From Bacteroidia bacterium (lineage in GTDB: Bacteria > Bacteroidota > Bacteroidia > M30B66): a stretch of 64,000 bases of DNA. Numbering within the stretch: the stretch's first letter is position 1; each line of letters opens with the position of its first letter. Both the position numbers and the translations under genes were made by a program. This document shows positions 10,539 through 23,700 of this stretch, in pieces. The stretch spans positions 416,001 to 480,000 of the forward strand of contig OZ257142.1 in the NCBI GenBank assembly GCA_965279035.1, read 5' to 3'. The notes beneath the pieces were generated by a model. That model did not search any database and had not been told where the DNA came from. It saw only the letters and a list, made by a program, of their open reading frames with translations.

Positions 10539-13160
10539 TTATTGGTAAACCAACTTATAGAAATCAAGGTATTCCTTCACTTTTAAGTCCTTGATTAAGG
10601 TTTTATAGTTGGGTGCACTTATGATAAATGTTTCGGTAATATTAGGGTCGATGTTTAGGAAAACGGCATCATCATCATCTAAGCTCTTGGCATATTCATC
10701 GGCTTCTTTTTTATTGGGGAAGGCCTGAACTGTAGTCATTTGATAATTCGTTCCCAATAAGCTATTGGTTAAATTCAGATTTTTAAGTGAATAGAATTTT
10801 GTATTGAAATCGCTGAGATTAAATCGGAATGTATTGAGATCATACGTTACGCTTTCCACCAAAACAACGTAATAATGAACGGTATCAGCCCTGTAGTTAT
10901 AGGATTGAACAACAGCACTATCTCGATGAACTCCACCCTGAAAGTTACTTAAGCTTTTAAGTAATTCTGATGCCTTGGTTTTAACGGAATCATTTGGGAA
11001 GTTTTTTATAACAGAAAGCAAGCTTGTTTTAAATGCATCTACATCGGTTGTTTGTCCGGTTGCTAGTGCTTTTAACAAAGCAAATTTTGGAGCCAGTGCA
11101 TTTCCTTGATAACGAGTTTCGGAAGTTCGGCAGCGAGCAATGACTTCGGGGAATTGTTTTGCTTGATATAAGCGATACGTTTCCTCATAGAACTTCACTG
11201 CTTCGGATTTACTTAGGTTTTCGCGTTTAAAAAACTCAGGATCGGTAATAATTTTCGTGTATTCAGAATCTGGATATTTAGAAATCAATCGCTTTTTGTA
11301 TTCCTCAGCTTTAGCATTATCTGGAATTGCTAGGTAGATGCGATACAATTGATAAAAGATTGTTGCTTCGTTCGGATTGTTGGGATATTTAGAGAGAAAC
11401 TCTTCATACGTTTCGGCTGCTTTTTTCAAATCCCCCAAACGTTCTTTATAAATCAATCCTAAATCAAAAAACGCTTCCATCACCGAATCGGCATAAGCTA
11501 GAAGCATCGTATCATTTTTAGGAACCATCTTATCCAATTTCTTCCGGATAAGTGCAATGCTATCTTCTCGTGTTGGTTTGGGTTTTTCTTTTACTTCAAC
11601 AGCAACAGTATCCTCATCTGGATTTGTATTGGTTTGCAATACAGCCTGCTTATTTGACCTGCGCCAATTGTCCTCAAGTTTCCGATCACCCCATACCTTA
11701 CGAAACTCCGCAAACCCAAAGCTCATTGTTGAAGTATTATAGAAATACCAGGATCCGCTACCCGTCGTTCCTGGAGCATTGGAATCGGCTTTTCCAGAAG
11801 CGGCTAATTTTGCAGCTGCTTGTTCCTCTTTTTCTCTTTGCTTTTTACGAGCTTCTTCTTCTTTCTTAAATATCTCAACGGCTTTTTTGTCCAATTGATC
11901 TGGACTAAGTTTCGCCATTTGAATTAAGCTGTCGTATAATTCAATGATTTGATATTTTTTTACCAATTCTGCTAAGCTGTTCCGCTTTTCTTCAATGCGT
12001 TTATAATCCGGAAAGTCTTTGGTGAGTGATGTAACAGCACTATCATAATAAGCCGCCGAACTTCGATATTCTCGTTGATCAAAATATATCTCAGCTATAG
12101 CCAAATACGACATTCCTTTTTGGTTCGCATTGGTTGTGCTTTCCTGTACCGATGTTGTATATTGTTCTATCGCCTTTTTTTCGTTTCCTTCTTTTTCTTC
12201 CAACTCACCCAAAACGTAATAGATTTGATCTTTGAAATCAACGTTTTTCGGGTCTTTCAGCATTCGTGCAAGCAACAAACGAATCTCCGTGCTGTTCTTG
12301 TTTTCGGTATCAAAACATCGGGCAATATTGATGCGTGCATAAAACGACATCTCATACGTAGGATTCGACTTTAATACTTTGGAGTATGAATTCGTAGCCA
12401 AAGCAAGCTCTCCTGCTTTTTGGTAAAGCTGTCCTTGAATAAACAATAAACGAACACGTTGTTTTTTCTTTTTTATATACTTGAGCGCTTCTGAAACCGA
12501 CTCGAGCGCTTCTTTATAATGATTTTGTTTGAGGTGAAAATCTGTAATAGCGGTGTACAAATCTCCTTTGATGTTTTTGGGAAGCGCTTTGTCATTCAAC
12601 GAACGATCTAGTGAAGACTGCGCATCGCTAAACATTCCCAATTCACTGTAAGCACGACAAAGCCACAAATTTGCCCGGTGTTGAATTGGATCTTTCTTGT
12701 AGTTTTTAACCGGTTCACGTGCTACGTATGCAAACATCTCCAAACACGCATAATAATCACGTTTGTAAAACAAGGACTTGCCAATTAACATGTAACAATC
12801 GTCGATGTACTTGCAATATTCTTTTCCTTTAATCATCATCGAATGTTTACTGATGACGAAGGATGCTTTTTTAATGGCTTTGTCGGTTAGAGGAATGATG
12901 GTTTTAGAATCTTCCAATGTTCCGACTTCATACACGGGTAAAACCTTGAAGTAATTGTCAACATGTGCAACTTGCAACATGGCAACACCTTCTTTTAATG
13001 TTTCTTCACCATTAAAATATCCGTTGTATTTGGAGGTGATGTTATGAAATGTTCGATTTAGCCACTTGTTCTTTTTCGTAGAACAGCCCATCAATAGCCC
13101 AATACATAGCAGTGCTATGAATAAGGGAAATCTAGAAGGTATGTGTTTAATTGAAAACAA
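10539..13160 (-). CDS. sprE: T9SS periplasmic TPR lipoprotein PorW/SprE
   Basis: Lipobox LMGC-STKKN, FHNITSKYNGYFNG, TPR repeats, WYFYN...G..EF...WGDRKLEDNWRRS signature. Confidence 0.85.
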   Translation of the reverse strand: MFSIKHIPSRFPLFIALLCIGLLMGCSTKKNKWLNRTFHNITSKYNGYFNGEETLKEGVAMLQVAHVDNYFKVLPVYEVGTLEDSKTIIPLTDKAIKKASFVISKHSMMIKGKEYCKYIDDCYMLIGKSLFYKRDYYACLEMFAYVAREPVKNYKKDPIQHRANLWLCRAYSELGMFSDAQSSLDRSLNDKALPKNIKGDLYTAITDFHLKQNHYKEALESVSEALKYIKKKKQRVRLLFIQGQLYQKAGELALATNSYSKVLKSNPTYEMSFYARINIARCFDTENKNSTEIRLLLARMLKDPKNVDFKDQIYYVLGELEEKEGNEKKAIEQYTTSVQESTTNANQKGMSYLAIAEIYFDQREYRSSAAYYDSAVTSLTKDFPDYKRIEEKRNSLAELVKKYQIIELYDSLIQMAKLSPDQLDKKAVEIFKKEEEARKKQREKEEQAAAKLAASGKADSNAPGTTGSGSWYFYNTSTMSFGFAEFRKVWGDRKLEDNWRRSNKQAVLQTNTNPDEDTVAVEVKEKPKPTREDSIALIRKKLDKMVPKNDTMLLAYADSVMEAFFDLGLIYKERLGDLKKAAETYEEFLSKYPNNPNEATIFYQLYRIYLAIPDNAKAEEYKKRLISKYPDSEYTKIITDPEFFKRENLSKSEAVKFYEETYRLYQAKQFPEVIARCRTSETRYQGNALAPKFALLKALATGQTTDVDAFKTSLLSVIKNFPNDSVKTKASELLKSLSNFQGGVHRDSAVVQSYNYRADTVHYYVVLVESVTYDLNTFRFNLSDFNTKFYSLKNLNLTNSLLGTNYQMTTVQAFPNKKEADEYAKSLDDDDAVFLNIDPNITETFIISAPNYKTLIKDLKVKEYLDFYKLVYQ

Positions 13161-13286
13161 ATTCTGAATTTACTGAGCGGTTTATTAACTGCTGGAGCGC
13201 AAAATTATTTTAATTTCCGCTATTTTAAAGATCATTCCACCCAGTTTCAAACAATCCGGGGTGAATTTCAGAACTTAGCCGCGGTC

Positions 13287-14165
13287 ATGGAACAAGTTAA
13301 AGATAGCCGCCGGAAGCAATTCATCCGGAAATTACGACATAAATACCGCCTGGTAGTCTTAAATGACGAGACGTTTGAGGAAAAGTACTCTCTCAAATTA
13401 TCTCAGCTAAATCTATTTACTGCCATTGGATTATTGTCGATTGTGTTGATCATTTTCACCACGTTTGTCATTGCATTTAGTCCACTTCGTGAATATATTC
13501 CAGGTTATTCGAGTGATGTTAAGATGCGAAGAAACTTAATTGTGCTTGCAGAGAAGGTCGATTCCTTAAAGAAATCATCGGAGGATAAAGATTTATTAAT
13601 CGAAGACATCCGTCAGATAACAACAGGTAAAATCAGCACAGGGGCGACCAAACCTCGCGAAAGTTCAAAGCCCGACTTGAATGCTGTTAAACTCACGCCA
13701 TCCGAAGAAGAGGCAAAATTTAGAAATCAGGTTGAAGATCAGGATCGATACAACTTGAATAATGCCATGAGCGATACACGCATGAGTGAGATTAGCAATT
13801 ATTATTTTTTCACTCCACTCAAAGGGAAAATCACAACCACATTCAATCCATCCTTAAAGCATTATGGAATTGATGTCGTGGCACCTAAGAACGAAGCGGT
13901 AAAATCAACATTAGATGGAACGGTAATCTTTGCCGGCTGGACAAGCGAAACGGGACATGTGATTCAAATTCAACATGCTAATAATTTGATTTCGATTTAC
14001 AAGCATAATTCGGTGCTTTTGAAAAAAGAAGGAGAAGAAGTTAAGGCAGGCGAAGTGGTTGCTATTACTGGAAATTCGGGAGAATTAACAACATCACCAC
14101 ACTTGCATTTTGAAATTTGGTATGATGGCAAACCGATAGATCCTCAGGAATTGATGGTTTTCTAA
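13287..14165 (+). CDS. M23 family metallopeptidase
   Basis: HYGID and HLH zinc motifs, YKHN; N-terminal TM with LREYIPGY. Confidence 0.92.
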   Translation: MEQVKDSRRKQFIRKLRHKYRLVVLNDETFEEKYSLKLSQLNLFTAIGLLSIVLIIFTTFVIAFSPLREYIPGYSSDVKMRRNLIVLAEKVDSLKKSSEDKDLLIEDIRQITTGKISTGATKPRESSKPDLNAVKLTPSEEEAKFRNQVEDQDRYNLNNAMSDTRMSEISNYYFFTPLKGKITTTFNPSLKHYGIDVVAPKNEAVKSTLDGTVIFAGWTSETGHVIQIQHANNLISIYKHNSVLLKKEGEEVKAGEVVAITGNSGELTTSPHLHFEIWYDGKPIDPQELMVF

Positions 14166-14176
14166 ATCTATCTCAG

Positions 14177-14326
14177 ATGAAAAAAGAAATTTTAAAACAC
14201 CTGAAAAAGAAAACAAGAGATGCACTTGGTCCTGTTCCGCCTACCAAAGTGGAAGTTTCAGAAAAGGAATATAAACGCAAGCCGAAGCATAAAAAGAAAG
14301 TGGATCCAGAAACACATATAGATTGA
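14177..14326 (+). CDS. Small basic protein, 49 aa, ArfA-like motif (below the ORF-track cutoff)
   Basis: Hand translation MKKEILKHLKKKTRDALGPVPPTKVEVSEKEYKRKPKHKKKVDPETHID; fills the gap between the M23 stop (14165) and the convergent stop at 14330. Confidence 0.6.
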   Translation: MKKEILKHLKKKTRDALGPVPPTKVEVSEKEYKRKPKHKKKVDPETHID

Positions 14327-14329
14327 AGT

Positions 14330-14707
14330 TTATTCATGAATGGCGCTACGTTTCCATTCTTCAGGAAAAAAACGAAATAGCCAAATCAACATGGCAATCA
14401 ATCCTGAAAAGAAAAAGATCAAGCAATAATTTTTTATTCCTAGCAAAAAGAATTCATCACACATCCAAATTGAATTCGCTGAAATCCAACATGCGATTGC
14501 CAAATTGGGAAGAAATTCTTTAGCACTTTTTCGGGTTTTGTAGGCAAGATATAAAGCCAAACTCACGGTAGGGAAAATCATCATGATGCCCAAAGGCTTC
14601 CAGAACAAACACCAACAGGCGTCTTTAATTAACCAAAATGGGAGGTGTAGGTTTTCTAATAAACGGTTCCGCATTTCACAAAATAAAGGAGATTTTCTTT
14701 TATACAT
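14330..14707 (-). CDS. Hypothetical membrane protein (start may be the ATG at 14674)
   Basis: ENLHLPFWLIKDACW...WISANSIWM pattern, about four TM segments. Confidence 0.7.
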   Translation of the reverse strand: MYKRKSPLFCEMRNRLLENLHLPFWLIKDACWCLFWKPLGIMMIFPTVSLALYLAYKTRKSAKEFLPNLAIACWISANSIWMCDEFFLLGIKNYCLIFFFSGLIAMLIWLFRFFPEEWKRSAIHE

Positions 14708-14779
14708 CAGGTTTTCAACAGTCAGGCTTTGACAAGTTTAATCTTACATGGTTAGGAAGCCTTCATCATTCAATAAAAT

Positions 14780-17700
14780 TTGAGTAGGAATTTCCTCATT
14801 GTGATAAGATCTGAATTGGCGCTTATTATGAGGATTTTTCTGATTAAATACATGTTGCTTATGACTGGAAAACGACCTGTTAACGAAGCATTTCCTCAAA
14901 AAAAACACTTAGGAAAATGGTGGAATGTAATTTTGCTTCTGCTTCTTTTTTCTTTTCAGGGTTTTTCTCAGGAAATCTGTAATAACGGAATCGATGATGA
15001 TGGAGACAACCTCGTTGATGTGTTCGATCCCGATTGTCCATGCGATGACCAAACGCTACTTTGTCAGCCAACATGCGAATATGCTGTTCCGGGTGGTGCT
15101 TTAAATTTCACTACGCAATGGTCAAGTTCCGATACTGTTCCTAATTATCAAACTCCCTTAGTTGCCGATATTGATAATGATGGCGTGCCCGAAGTCATCA
15201 TTATGGCAGCCAAGAACAATGTACTTTCAGACCCACGAAGGGCAAAAGATCTTTACATTATTAGTGGAAATACCGGAGCAACAGAATCTACAATCACGAC
15301 TCCATACATGGCTTGGGTTGGCCCCGATCCTTATGCTGTTGCCGATATAGATGGTGATGGTTTTGGAGAAATCATCATTGCCTCCATCGATCACTCCGAT
15401 AATGCCGCTAGCGACCGACGCTATTTGTTTTGCTACGAACATACTGGCGCGCTAAAATGGAAATCAAATGTTCAATATGGTTATGCGGGTGTTGCGCGCT
15501 TTGGAAGTTCTGTTGGAATCACCGATTTTAATTCGGACGGAGTTGCCGAAGTATACATTTATAACCAGATTTTCAATGCTGCAACAGGTGTTTTGCTTGT
15601 TGAAGGTGGCTCTGCAGGTGGAAAGGCAATTATGACGCAACAAAGTTGGGGCGATGTTGCGAATCCAGTTGCGGCTAATTTAACCACGCACTCAGGACTT
15701 GAGCTCGCTTGCGGGAACACCGTATATAATGTAACTATAACCAACACCAGTGGAACGGCAGGAAATACCATGTCGCCCATTGTTATTCCTGGACAAGCTG
15801 ATGGATATACTTCTTTAGCCGATATCGACTTAGATGGAAATCTTGATGTTGTTGTTGCTTCAGAAGGTTCAACAGCAAAAATTTATGTTTGGAATCCAGG
15901 TAATGGAACTCCTTCTTTATTAGCATCCATTTCTCTACCTAATACAGGTGGAAACTGGATCGGTGTTCCTTTTATTGGAGACATGGATAAAGATTGTCAA
16001 CCCGAAATTGGGGTTACACGATCGCGAAGGGTATATGCACTTGATTATAATGGAACATCAACCCTTAGCACCAAATGGACTTTAGTAACAACCGATGCAT
16101 CTGGTTTTACGGGAATTACCATGTTCGACTTCAACCAAGATGGTACTCAGGAATTGGTTTACCGGGATGAATCGACCTTACGTATTATTGATGGTAGTGG
16201 GAGTTCTCCAGTTACTGTTGGAACAAATCCATGTAGCTCCGGAACTGGTTCTGAAATGCCCGTTGTTGCCGATGTGGATGGTGATGGACAAGCCGAGATT
16301 TGTGTAAGCTGTGCCGTGAATGGAGTTTCTCTCGGTCGAGTAAATGTTTTCTCTTCCGTCGGACAAGCTTGGGCGCCCTGCCGGAGCATTTGGAATCAAT
16401 ACAGCTATTTCAATGTCAACATCAATACTAACCTGAGTATTCCGCTTCAACAACAACAACATCAGGTTTTGTTGAGTAATGTAACCTGTCCGTTTTTTAC
16501 CTGTAGCGAGAACCGACCATTTAATAGTTTCCTAACCCAGGCAACATTCTTAACACAGGAAGGCTGTCCGGTTTATCCAGCGTCCGATGTGGCTCTTTCG
16601 ATATTGAATAGTTCTTGTAATGGATCTGGAGAATATGATCTAACTCTCGAAATTGAAAATGTTGGAGCCGCTCCTTCCGATTCGGGTTATCCAATTCGCT
16701 TCTACGCAGGAAATCCGCTAACATCAGCTGCTACTCTCATACCCGTTTTGAGTGGACCGAATGCAACATCTCAAGCACTGAATCCTGGTGATACTGAATC
16801 AATTTCCTATTCGCTTGATATCGCAGCTTTACCTAAACCATTCAATCTGTTTGTCATTTTGAATGATGATGGATTGTTAACTGCACCATTTAGTTTTCCT
16901 CTAAGCACCTTACCCGAATGTAATTTTGCTGACAATGTCATATCCATTTCGAACATCGATTGTTGTCCTTTTGGTGATCTTGCTATAAGCGGTTTTTCTC
17001 CACCAACAGCCAGCTTTTGTGCTGGCGGATCTTCCGATTTATCTGTATTAGCAAGTAGTACTGTTGGTTTGAATTCGGCTGTTTACACTTGGACATTGCC
17101 CGATGCATCAGTTATAACGGGCGATACAATTCAAGCTGATCAAGGTGGAACCTATTCAGTTTCAGTAAAAGACGATGCACAATGTACCGTTTCATCAACA
17201 GTTGACATAACCGAAACTCCGCTACCAACAACGGCTGCCGCAGGAAATGATCAAACTATTTGTGAAGATAATACAGCCCTTGAAGGAAATATTCCTTCAG
17301 TAGGAAATGGTACTTGGACACTCATTAGTGGAACTGGAACAATCGTCAATTCAACATCAGCAACAAGTTCTGTAACAGGGATTTCCATTGGAACAAGTGT
17401 TTTCCGTTGGGCAATTCTCAATGGTACAGATTGCTTATCAGACGATACCGTTTCTATCACGCGAATTGATCCGCCAAGTAATGCTGTTGCTGGAGTAGAT
17501 CAATCGGTTTGTGTTGATGTTGTTACTCTTGGTGCTACTTTGCCTATTATTGGAACAGGTTCTTGGAGTTTGGTTTCTGGCGCTGGAACGATCACCGATG
17601 CATCTTCAATTTCTACAACGGTTACTGGACTAGCAGTTGGTGCCAATGTATTCCAATGGACCGTGAGCAATGGTGTTTGTCCTTCGAGCAACGATCAAGT

Positions 17701-20700
17701 TACCATTACGCGATTTGCCGTTCCGAGTATTGCAGATGCTGGTTCGAATCAAACAGTATGTATTCCAACGGCAAGTATGGGAGCTGCAACTTTAATTGTT
17801 GGTTCTGGACAATGGACATTAATTAGTGGAACAGGAAATTTTGCCGACGATACTGATCCGGTTACTCAGATTACAGGCTTATCAGTAGGAACAAACGTTT
17901 TTGAATGGACCGTTAGCAATGGAACTTGCGCAGCAACTACCGATCAAGTAGAAATTGTTAGAAATGAACTTCCTAGTCAAGCTGAAGTTGGTCCAGATCA
18001 GGTTGTGTGTGCAACAACAGCAACACTTTCGGCAACAGCTCCACTTGTGGGTTCTGGTGCATGGACCCTCCTTAGCGGAAGTGGAACCATAAGCGATGAA
18101 TTTTCAGAAACTACTAGTGTAACAAATTTAGGTGCAGGTGCCAATGTGTTTCAGTGGACCGTGAGCAATGGTGTTTGTTTGCCAAGTGCTGCAACGCTTA
18201 CCATTACGCGTGATCTTCCTCCAGATGTATCTACTGCTGGGAATGACCAAGAAATTTGTACTGATGCAACTCAACTCGAAGGAAACAGCCCTTCACTTGG
18301 ATCAGGATTATGGACAGTTGTTAGCGGTAGCGCGACATTCGATGACGCAACATTACCAACTTCATCAATCAGTGATTTAGTAACGGGAACAACGGTTCTT
18401 CAATGGACAATCAGCAATGGTGTTTGTCCTGCAAGTTCAGATCAAGTAAGTATTCAAATTGACGCGCCTGTTTCGATTCCTGATGCAGGTTCTGATTTCT
18501 CAGTTTGTGCTGCCAATGCTAGTTTAGCTGCATCAACTCCTACAACAGGAACAGGTCAATGGTCGCTACAAAGTGGAACAGCAACTATTACAAATCCGAA
18601 TTCCGCCAATTCTGGAATTACTGGTTTAGTTATCGGTACAGCCGTATTCCGCTGGACAGTTACGAATGGAACCTGTACCGATTTTGATGAAGTTTCTGTA
18701 ACACGCACTGCACCCCCAGATCAAGCTATTGCAGGTATTGATCAAGAACTTTGTAGTAATTCAACATTACTTGCTGCAAGTCTAGTTATTACAGGAACAG
18801 GACAATGGAGCATATTAAACGGTGCTGCAACATTTACAGATTCTTCTGATCCTGCCGATTTAATTACAGACATCGCCGTTGGTTCCAATCAACTCATTTG
18901 GACAGTAAGCAGCGGAGTTTGTCCATCTTCATCCGATACCGTAACCATTGTTGTTGATGCCAATCCAGTTACACCCGATGCCGGTTCTGATCAAGAAATT
19001 TGTGCTGACGCAACTAGCTTAAATGCCATTCCTGCTTCAGTTGGAACTGGAGAATGGACTGTTATTTCGGGTAGTGGAATTTTAGCCAATGCATCCAGTT
19101 CAACTTCGGGTGTTACAGGTTTATCAGCGGGAGCGAATGTTTTTCGATGGACAATTACCAACGGAACCTGCATCGCTTTCGACCAAGTAAGTATTGTGCG
19201 TGATCTTCCGCCTTCGGCTGCTATTGCTGGTGCAGATCAAGAAATTTGTCAGGGAGAAACGGTAACACTCAATGCAACTTCTCCAACGAGTGGAACAGGA
19301 GCCTGGACGCTTATCTCCGGACAAGGAACAATCACAGATTCAACTTCTGCTCAATCTTCGGTGACCGCGCTTCAGCCAGGAAATGTTGTTCTACAATGGA
19401 CCGTTTCGAGTGGAGTTTGTACTGAAGAAAGCGATCAAGTAGCAATCCTTGTGAATGCGAATAACCTGAGTGCATTGGCAGGAAATGATCAAACCATTTG
19501 CTCCGATACAAGCAGCGTTTCTGCTAATCAACCACTCATTGGAACGGGCGTTTGGACTGTTGTTTCTGGCTCGGGAATCCTTGCTGATTCAACTAGCGCA
19601 TCAACTTCCATAAGCGGACTTCAACCTGGGGCAAACACATTCCGCTGGACTGTTTCCAATGGAACTTGTCCTCCCGTTTTTGATGAATTAACGATACAAG
19701 TTGATGTTCCTCCTTCGGCAGCTTTGGCTGGATTAGATCAACAAATTTGTACAGATAATTCCACTTTGACTGCTACAGCTCCGAGTTCAGGTTCTGGATT
19801 ATGGACGCTTGTAACAGGAAGCGCAACGTTTGGAGATAATCAAAATCCAACTTCGAGCATTTCTGCCATTGGCGTTGGTGTGAATGTGCTGCAATGGACC
19901 GTGAGCAACGGCGTTTGTCCTTCGGTAAATGATCAAGTCATTATTATACGTGATTCAATCCCAGTGCAAGCAAATGCCGGAGTAGATTTTAGCGTATGTA
20001 ATAGCGATACTGCAGCACTTCAAGCACTTGAGCCAACACCAGGAACGGGAATTTGGACTGTCATATCTGGTTCTGCAACGTTTGATGACGCAAGTTCTCC
20101 ATTAGCCATTGTGAGTGGACTCGTAACGGGTTCAAACCAATTTGTTTGGACTGTAACAACCGGAAATTGTCCAACAACAAGCGACACTGTAACAATTCAA
20201 AACCTTCAACCGCCTTCAACCGCAAACGCTGGTTCCGATACTTCGCTTTGTAGCACCACATCGGTGTTGAATGCCGTTCAACCAGTAATTGGATCTGGAA
20301 CTTGGACTTCTTTAAGCGGAGTTGTGTTTGATGATATTTCTTCGACAAACGCTTCTGTTAGTAATCTTCAGCCAGGCTTGAATACCTTGATTTGGACAGT
20401 AAGCAATGGCATTTGTCCAGCATCAACAGACACAGTAATTCTGAGCGTTGATAAAAACCCAATTACACCGAATGCTGGTCCCGATTTGAGTATTTGTTCC
20501 GATACTGTTACACTTTCAGCGGCAGCGCCATCTCAAGGCATTGGAGTTTGGAGTATTGTGAGCGGATCATTAACACTGAGCGATACCTTATCACCGAACG
20601 CTTTTGCTTCGGCAATCCAATTAGGTACAGCCGTTTTACAATGGACCGTTACAAGTGGATCGTGTATCGTTTCGGATCAAATGCAGATTACCGTTTCAGA

Positions 20701-23700
20701 ACCACCATCACAAGCGCTTGCCGGAAACGATCAAGAAGTATGTGATTCAACAGCAGTGCTTTCGGCCACGCCTCCTCTTGTAGGAAATGGCTCTTGGTCA
20801 CTCATTAGCGGAACAGCAACGATAGATGATCCAACAAATCCGGCAAGTACTGTTAGTGGAATCGCTCCAGGAACAAGCGTAATTCGTTGGACTGTTAGCT
20901 CAGGAACTTGTGGTGAAACATTCGATGAACTAACCATCATTCGCGACATTCAACCGAAAACAGCTCAAGCTGGACCCGATCAATCGGTATGTGCTGACAC
21001 GGCTCAACTTGCCGCTATTGCATCACCAGGAAGTGGTGGACAATGGACACTTATTAGCGGAACGGCAACAATTTCACAGCCTGATTCTGCATCAACAGGA
21101 ATTACAGGACTTGGTGTTGGAACGAACATTTTCCGATGGACTTTACCAGCAGTTGGATCTTGTCCGGCAGTTTGGGATGAAGTAAGCATTGAACGCAATG
21201 CGCCAACATCACTCGCATTTGCTGGTAACGACACCACTATTTGTTCATCACCCTATACGCTCAACGCAAACTCTCCTGCAAATGGAACTGGCGTATGGTT
21301 AGTCATTGCCGGAAATGCTGTTTTACAGGATTCTCTTTCTGCATCAACACAAGTGAGCAACCTCGAAATTGGTAGCAATGTGTTCGAATGGCGCATCAGC
21401 AATGGATCTTGTCCGGTCGAAACAGATGAAGTTACCATAACTCTTCTCGATACAGCTTATGCTGGACAAGACCAAACGATTTGTGATACGATAGCAACAC
21501 TTTCTGCATTGGGTGTTGGAAACTGGACGCTCATCAGCGGCAGCGGTACTATCACCCAAGCTGACACGGCCATTACTACCGTTACCGGTCTTGCCGAAGG
21601 TACCAACATTTTCCAATGGACCTTGACGGGAGCATCTTGTCCAAGTTCAGACGACCAAGTGAGCATCATTGTTTCTGCTCCTCCTTCACCAGCGAATGCC
21701 GGATTGGATCTTTCAACTTGTAATGACACGGCTACCCTTTCGGCAATAAATCCAACAGTTGGAACTGGTTTGTGGACAGTAATACAAGGTGCTGCAACGA
21801 TTACAGATTCCTCTTTACCAACAAGTGGAGTAAGTGGTTTGAGTGTTGGGCTGAATCAATTCGAATGGCGCGTGAGCAACGGAGCTTGTCCTTCGCTTGC
21901 TGATACAATTTCTATAACACGAGGTGATACAGCCTATGCTGGAGTCGATCAAATCATTTGCGATTCTACAAGCACCTTAGACGCACTTGTACCAAGTTCT
22001 GGAACAGGCGTTTGGACACTTGTGAGTGGTACAGGAATTTTGGCAGATTCTTCGGATGCTGCAACTTCGGTTACAGGACTTTCGGATGGTGAAAACATTT
22101 TCCAGTGGACTGTTACGGGCGCAGCTTGTCCAGATTCTACCGATCAAGTAATCATTACGCGTAATTGCAATACTCCTCCTGTTATTGCTAACGATAGTTT
22201 ATCAATGTTAGAAGACAGCGTATTGACGAGTACTATTCTCGATCCCAATGATTATGATCCAGATAGCACAACATTAACGGTTGATACCACTTCAGTCATC
22301 GGTCCGAATCACGGAACCTTGCTTATTCATCCTGATGGAAGTTTTACGTATACACCCGATGATAATTACAATGGGCTAGATACTTTTATTGTTGCTGTTT
22401 GTGATAGCGGAGCTCCATTGCCAGCATTGTGCGGACAAGACACAGTTATCATTACGATTGATCCTGTAAATGATCCACCAACAATTCAAGGAGAAACTGA
22501 AACGGTAGCTCCCGGAGCATCGGTGACAGATAATTTATTGGACAATGACAGTGATATTGATGGCACTTCGCTTACAGCCAATACAACACCTATCACAGGA
22601 CCAAGTCATGGTGATATTACAATAAATCCAGATGGAAGTTTCACCTATACGCCCGATACTGGTTATGTAGGAAACGATACGATCATTGTTGAGGTGTGCG
22701 ATAGTGGAACACCATTGCCAGAAGAGTGTGCTCCGGATACGATTATTATTCAAATCCAAGGAATAACGGTTATAGCCAATGCGGGTGAAGATCAAACGTT
22801 TTGCGGAAATTCTACCCAGCTCGAAGCACAAGCGGTTGATCCTCCAGGAACAGGTGTGTGGACTATAATCAGCGGAAATGCGACCTTAAGCGATGCCAAT
22901 TCTCCTTCATCGAACTTAACGGCAATCAGCTCCGATACGGTATTGTTGGTTTGGACAGTTACGCTCAATGGACAAACTGCTACCGATACGGTTCAGATCA
23001 TTGCTCATCCACCAGCAACACCAGCATTTGCGGGTGAAGATCAAGTGGTTTGTGGAAATGCAACGGAACTTCAAGGCAATACTCCAATCGCTGGAACTGG
23101 GAATTGGACCTTAGTTAGTGGAACGGGCATTTTATCGAATGCATCATCGGAACTTTGTGGTGTGAATGGAATTGCCCCAGGAACAAGCATTTTCGCATGG
23201 ACAATCACCAATGGAACATGTATTAGTAGTGACACGGTGCTTGTTCAAGCGTATATTCATTCTGCAATAAGTATAGCTGGCGATTCGGCTATTTGTCCAG
23301 ATGTGTTATCTACTACATTAACAGCAACAGTTCAAGGTGGATTGACAGGTCTTTGGACTATGCAAACTGGAACGGCGGTGTTTAGTAACGACACATTGCC
23401 ACAAACAACAGTGAGTAGTTTGTCGCCAGGTGATAATGTGGTTGTTTATACAATTTCAAATGGTCCGTGTGGAGCTTCTGAAAGTTTTAAAATCACTGTA
23501 CTTTCCGAAGAGGATGCTCTTTGTAAGCAAGAAGAAATCTTTATTCCTGAAGGATTTTCTCCCGATGGCGATGGTGCGAACGACCAATTGGTTATTTATG
23601 GACTTAAAGGAAAACACGTTTCGTTGAAGGTATTTAACCGTTGGGGAAATTTGGTTTACGAAAGCGATAATTACCAAAATAATTGGGATGGAACCTGTTC

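Noticed and set aside
14780-14860. Extended N-termini in the ORF track (also at 46948, 46620, 51245, 54009, 57004)
   Set aside because: Downstream ATGs give proper signal peptides or family starts, and several sit just after -7 promoter boxes
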